From NCBI RefSeq assembly GCF_009914755.1, contig NC_060941.1: DNA of 64,000 nucleotides; one strand, written 5' to 3'. A model generated the notes under the pieces. That model searched no databases, had not been told where the DNA came from, and was given only the letters and a program-made list of their open reading frames with translations. Origin of the DNA: the human T2T-CHM13v2.0 reference genome, Homo sapiens. The number at the start of each line of letters is the position of its first letter. Position 1 is the first letter of the stretch. Position numbers and translations under genes: made by a program. This document shows positions 52,484 through 64,000 of this stretch, piece after piece.

Positions 52484-53639
52484 CGCCCCCTGCCGGGACC
52501 CTCGCCAGCGCCACGCGCGCCACGCCCAGGGCCAGGAGCCAGACAAACCCCGGCCTGCGCGCCTGCAGAGCGGCGGCTGGAGACTGGAGCCACCGCCTCG
52601 CGGGTGCAGCAGCACAGCAGGCACGGTTCGGGGAGGGATTCGGCATGGCCGCGGGGTACCTTCCCAGGCCAGGGCCCTGGAGGCAACTGGCACGGCCTGG
52701 TCCCCCTGCTTTGCTGTATTCTGATTCCCCAACCCGCTCCCCTGGGCTCAGATCTGTCCTGTCCTAGGGCGGAGCCAGGCGGTCCTGAGGGGGAGATGAA
52801 TCCTTAGAGGAGCGCTGTCCCTATCCCTTGCTCCTTCTGGCCGGTCCGCATTTCTGTTCACTAACCCCACTCCAGGACACTGCCCCTGAAGCCTTTGCAT
52901 CTCTGCTCTTCACTCCTGGGGGGCAGCTGAGCTCCCCGCGTGCTGTGTCACTGCTTTGTTCCAGACACAAACCAGCACGTCTAGGGCCCAGCCCCTCCCC
53001 CACCCCGGCATTTCAGCGTCAAGTGCACTTAGCGGGGTACCCGGCTCCCCCAGCCCCCACACCCGTCCTGGGTCTCAGGGTGGTTCCAGCTTCTCCTTGG
53101 GCAGCCAGAAGTTGGAGTCCCATCCCCCAAGGCACATTTTTTTTTTTTTTTTTTTGTGATCAGGGAGTGTGTCCAACGTAGCCCCCTGGCCTGTGCAAGC
53201 CCTGACTCCCTCATGGTGCCTCGGAGAGTGGGGAGCATATTGGGCTGGGGTAAGCACTAGACCCAAGTAGACTGGACACAAAGGGCTCGCCCAGGGCCCT
53301 GGCGCCACCCCCACCCCTTCCCACCAGCTGCTGCTAGCCTCTGTGGTTGTACATCCCACTTGCCCCCACACGGAGACTGACTCTAAAACCCTTCATCCAA
53401 TGGTGCTAACCCCCGGCTCTCCCCTGCCCCACCTCACCCACCCAGAGAAGCACAGACCCCGCCAGGGGCAGGGGCCCACCGCACACCCTTGTCCCGGGCC
53501 TGTCTGGGACTGGCCTTCCCGGCTCAGCCAGTGAGGCTCAGAAGGGACACAAAGAGGGATGGAAGAAAAGAACAAAGAGAAACTGTTCCTCCCACCCCCT
53601 TCCCTGATGCCAGGGGCACCAGACTGATTCTGAGGCACA

Positions 53640-53645
53640 AATAAA
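53640..53645 (+). terminator. ANKRD13B poly(A) signal AATAAA
   Basis: First canonical AATAAA I found after the stop codon, about 1.15 kb downstream. Confidence 0.75.
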
Positions 53646-53679
53646 AGAGGCTTCATACCGGAGGCTTTTGCTACCTAAC

Positions 53680-53685
53680 TTTACT
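53680..53685 (-). terminator. Candidate CORO6 poly(A) signal AGTAAA (variant)
   Basis: Plus-strand TTTACT. I saw no canonical AATAAA on the minus strand between the CORO6 stop and this point. Confidence 0.45.
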
Positions 53686-54632
53686 TGGGGGGAACGCCTA
53701 CGGTGTGGGTTGGGGTCCTTCTGAACCTCAGAGTGGAGAGAGCTCTAGGGTAAGAGGCTGCCTGATGGGCCCTGAGCCCAGGAGTGCATCGCCAGGTCTC
53801 CCAGGAGCCTGGGGGTAGCATTTGCAGAGGCTGGGGGTCTCGTTCCCCTCACTCCCACCCATGCAGGAGGCACAGACTGAACGCTTAGTAAAATATTTCA
53901 TTCAGTACGTCTTGTTTTTCTGAGAGAGGCAACGGCAGAGGGTTGGGGGCAGTGTGTGTGTATTTGTGATGAACCTAACTCCTCATGCCAGTTCTCTCGA
54001 GATTTCTTCGCGGGGGCTGCCGCGAGGAAGCAGCCCTCGCCCCTGTCGGTGGAAAGAAGGAAGAGAGTTCTCTACCACAGACCGCTGTGGGTGTAGCCAC
54101 TGGGTCCGGCTCTGCAGCAAACGGGTTGTGTATGTGTCTGCAGAACTGGGGTGACGCCCATCTGGTTTACCGCTCAGGGTGATGGAATCCAGTGAGCTGA
54201 TTAGGAGAAGCGCTGTCATTTTCCCCAGCCTGGGGGTACCCATCAAATCGCCACCCGTTTGAGGTCAAGCTCAGGCTCCAATAACCCCAAGCATCACGCT
54301 AATACTAAGCACTTTCCCTGCCCTGGGCGGAGGACAAAGGGGGACACCACCTCGCCGTGCAGCACCATTGCTGAGCCCCCCAGGTTACCCCAGGCCTCCC
54401 TAGGCCAGCTCCAGCCGAGTCCCAGACGAGGCTCGCAGTCCAGCCTCCGCTGGAGCGACGTGGGTCTCCCCTAAGCTCCAAGAGTTCTGGTCTCCCGCGA
54501 GGGGCGGAGTTCCCTCCCCAGTCCCGCCCCCGGGCCCAGCCCAAGAAGGCGGGGTCCGGAGTTCGGGACTAAAAGCCGGGGCGGGGCCGAGCTTGTGCGC
54601 CCCGCCCCGCTCCGCCTGCCTGGCGCGCGGGG

Positions 54633-60346
<5,714 letters not shown>

Positions 60347-61299
60347 TCAGTGCCCAGAAATGCCTTTGGTCCTTAGTCCTGTGAGCTGCGGGAGGGAGGA
60401 GGAGTGGAGGGGTGGCTGATGAGAAGGGTTATGTGGTCAGGAGTCAGGTATAAATCCATATAGTGTCTGGTCCTAGAAGCAGGGAGCTTTCTTCAAGGTG
60501 GTCAAAGTATGGGAAAGTTATTTTGCTGTGTAAAATGCTGTTTAATGTAAGTGGCTAGGATTTGGGGCCTGAATTCTCCACAGAGACCCAGGCTGAGGGG
60601 ATTGTGGAGCCTAACAGACTGAAAGCTTTCTGGACGTTGGAATGTTTTTGGGAGGAGCCTCAATGCCACACTGCCTGCACCCCCCGCCCCCACCACCGCC
60701 AGCCTTGATGAGCATCTCTTCACGGATGTGGTTGTAGCTCCCAGAGGCACCCTGTCCAGAAGCAGAAGACTTGACCATTGGATCTTGGCTTAAAGCCAGG
60801 TATGGGGCCAAGACTGCAGCCACCACAGGATACCGAACTCGCATCTCTGGAATAGTTCAGGCAGATGGGGTTTTGCCTTTTCCTAAAATTTTGCCAAGGG
60901 GGAAGTTCCTCCTGTCCACCAATCTGAGTCCTTTCTGCTACTGTTTTCATCCCATGCCTTGTGGGGGGACGGGTGGCAGCACAGAGTGAGGTGGATCCCT
61001 CTTCTCCCACTCCTTTCTGCACTGGCTTCTCCAGGAAGCCCTGATCATGGTCTTCTGGCTTTTGCCTACCATAGGCTTGTCCGGTTTCTCCTCTGGGTCC
61101 TCTGCCCTGGTTGGGCCTTCTTCCTAGTGAACTCTTCTAGGGGTGGGGTCTTCAACCCCATCCTCCACCCCTGCCCCCGCCACGGCCAAGCCAGATTTGC
61201 AGGGGTGGGGAGGGTGAGGTGCCTTTTCTCCAGCTAGGGTCTCCCTAGAGGACACACTGAGCACTCCCAAAGCCCCAGCCAGTGGCTCCTGCCCCACCC

Positions 61300-62170
61300 C
61301 AGCCCCAGCATCCGTGTGCCCTTCAAGGCGCGTCTGCGGCCCCGAGCCTGAGGCCCGGCCTCCCTGCACCCTTCTTCAGCCTGCTGCCCTGACACTGCGT
61401 TCTTGCGAGACGAGGTGTCTGCGCCCTCCGGGAGCGCTGGCTGCTGTCCGGCCAAATATAGACACCACGTCCTCCCCGCCCGAAACCGAATTTGGCGGCG
61501 CGGGGGGAGGAGGCGCAGACCTCTGCCCCTCAGGGACCCCGCCCGCTCCGCTGGCTGCGGTGACGGCCGGGTGTGGGGGGCTGGGTACCTGGTCCTGAGC
61601 GGGCTGCGGGGCGCTCACGCTGCGAATCCTCTGCGGAAGGGGCCCGAGTGCGTAGGGGGCCGAGGAAGGCTTCAGGGCGAAGGAGCCACCTCTCCGGGTG
61701 TCTGTAGTATCTGGGACCCGGGTGTCCAGCTCCGCACTCTGGCCGATCCTGCGGCTCTCTAGAGCCCGGCGCCGCTGCAGCCCCAGCTGCCGCTGCCATC
61801 AACCTAAGAGGGCGGGGCCTAGCATAGGGGCGGGGCCAGAGCCCAAGTTGCCCCGCCCCCTCCAGCGGCGGGAAAGTCGAGCGACCCCGACTCCCCTCCC
61901 AGCTTCCGCCGGCCTCGGAGAACCATCGAAAATAAATGTGCAGCTGTGTGCTAGGTGCGCACGCTGCTTCCCTCCCTCCATGACTCCCGGGTAGGCTGGG
62001 GAGGCTCGGGTTCGCAGACCTAGAGCAGGACGCTTGGAGAGGGAACGGGCGAGGGGGCGTGCGCCCCTAGAGCGGGCAGCCGAGGGAGACCAGGTGCCTC
62101 CACCCGCATTCCAGCCTCAATCGCGCTCCCAATTTAGCTGTCCCGATCGGCCGGGACTGCGGGACTGCAC
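61300..62170 (-). promoter_or_regulatory. CpG island / CORO6 promoter and candidate first exon (donor at 61589)
   Basis: CpG-rich with GC boxes at 61810-61860; minus-strand donor CAG|GTACCC at 61589/61588. Confidence 0.7.
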
Positions 62171-63196
62171 TTCCAGGCCTCCCTGGGGGAAAGAGGCCCT
62201 AGAGAATGAGGACCCAGGCTGATCCTGATGTAGGGCAAGTGAGAGGGCACCCGACACAGGGTTGTGAATGTTAGTTATTGTTATGAATGGCAATAGCGAT
62301 CATTTGAGAAACCTAAAATGCTGGCTGTGTGCTAGGCATTTCACCCCATTAGATGAGATTCCATGGAGCAGGGCAGGAAGCAGCTGAAAGAACAAGGGGA
62401 GGACCGAGTGTAAAGTGAACCCACCTTGACACTCCCTCCCCTCCCAGATGCAGGGGGAAGAGGCTAGCACCGGTCTCTAGTCACATTTTAGGGGTCAGAG
62501 AAGCCAACTCAGAGGCCAGACTCCTAATGTTTTCTGGGCCTTGTTTGAATTGGCGCCCGACTGTGTTCCAGGTAAGCTTCCCCCGTCTCCCCCAATATTC
62601 ACAGAACTGAATGTTGACCGAGGTCAAGGAGATTAAAGATAACCTGATCAAAATACAGCCAGTGAAGACCAGCCAGTCCCGTAGCTCCAGTCTACCCAGT
62701 GTCTGCACATTGCCTGGATTTCTTCCCTTGGATCATAAGGGCATCTGGGGCCAGTTATTACTTCCCACCCTCCAGGGCACACCTGGGAGTGAGTGAATGG
62801 AACACAGCCTTCTGAAGGGCAGGAACCAGCACTGGGGAGGAAAGGGAGGGAAGGTGGTAGAAACCATGAAGGGCCCACGAGGCTCCTTTGTTTCTCAGGA
62901 AGAGTCCAGGTGGCTTGTAGGGACAGAATCAAATCAAGAGTCAGTGGCTTGTAGGGGAACAGAATAAAAAACTGTTACGAGTGCTCCAGAAATAACTCCT
63001 GGCGTAGGGGTGCTGGGGCAGGGTATGAGGGTATGTGAGTCATCTCTCTTTTACCTAAAGATTCCAGGCACATGATTAGGAGGAAAATACCTGAGTGACT
63101 CAGTTGCTCCTTTACAACAATAACCCATGCTTATGTGCTAGGCACTGGCACTAAGGGCTTTATACGTATTAATTTCATACTCTTAACAATCCTCTA

Positions 63197-63545
<349 letters not shown>

Positions 63546-64000
63546 TTAACAGTTGAGGAAATGGAGCCACAAAGAGGTTAGGTGGCTTACCCATCACAAC
63601 CTCAACTGGTAGTTGATGTAGCTATGATTCTTACCCACGTGGTCTGGCATCTGGTTCTTGCTTTTCAGCAGCATGCATTTCTGTCTCTCCCTGAAGGACA
63701 GTGCCACTTTATCTCACAAGTGCTGAGCTAAAACGTAACTGAGAGTTTATACTGTGTGGCACAGAGGAAAGGATGCCTGGAATGAATTAAAAAACTGGTT
63801 CCAGTCCTGGCTCAATCGCCATATTTTTACAGCTCTCTGAACAGGATTGGGTCAGATTCTTTCCAACTCTGCACCACTCCTTAGCAGAGTAGGGATTTTA
63901 TGTGCTGCCTCCTCTGAAGTGGCATCTCCCCTACCCCCACCCTCCTTCTCTTTAAAGAGAACAGGAGACTCCCTTCTAGAGGGAAGCGCTTGGGACTAGG

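Noticed and set aside
62900-62965. Imperfect roughly 30-bp direct repeat (AAGAGTC..GTGGCTTGTAGGG..ACAGAAT)
   Set aside because: An old local duplication with no evident function.

Overview
Human-type (primate, Alu-rich), GC-rich, gene-dense genomic DNA with five protein-coding genes recognised from their translations: ABHD15 (-), TP53I13 (+), GIT1 (-), ANKRD13B (+) and CORO6 (-). This matches the human 17q11.2 locus as I recall it. I rebuilt every coding exon by hand from GT-AG boundaries. All five splice into intact ORFs of 468, 393, 761/770, 626 and 472 aa. No prokaryotic-type system, CRISPR array or RNA gene is supported. The most interesting signals concern isoforms and regulation: (1) a tandem-duplicated pair of 120-nt CORO6 exons flanked by RBFOX/QKI motifs; (2) a chain of two uORFs joined to the ANKRD13B start by successive ATGA stop/start overlaps; (3) candidate alternative first coding exons that would remove the TP53I13 signal peptide or extend the CORO6 N-terminus; (4) a 27-nt GIT1 microexon; (5) a two-MEF2/E-box muscle enhancer candidate inside CORO6; (6) reciprocal antisense donors at the GIT1 and ANKRD13B promoters; (7) back-to-back ANKRD13B/CORO6 poly(A) signals; (8) several tiny TSD-flanked retro-insertions. 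Coordinates were counted by eye, and repeat boundaries are approximate.
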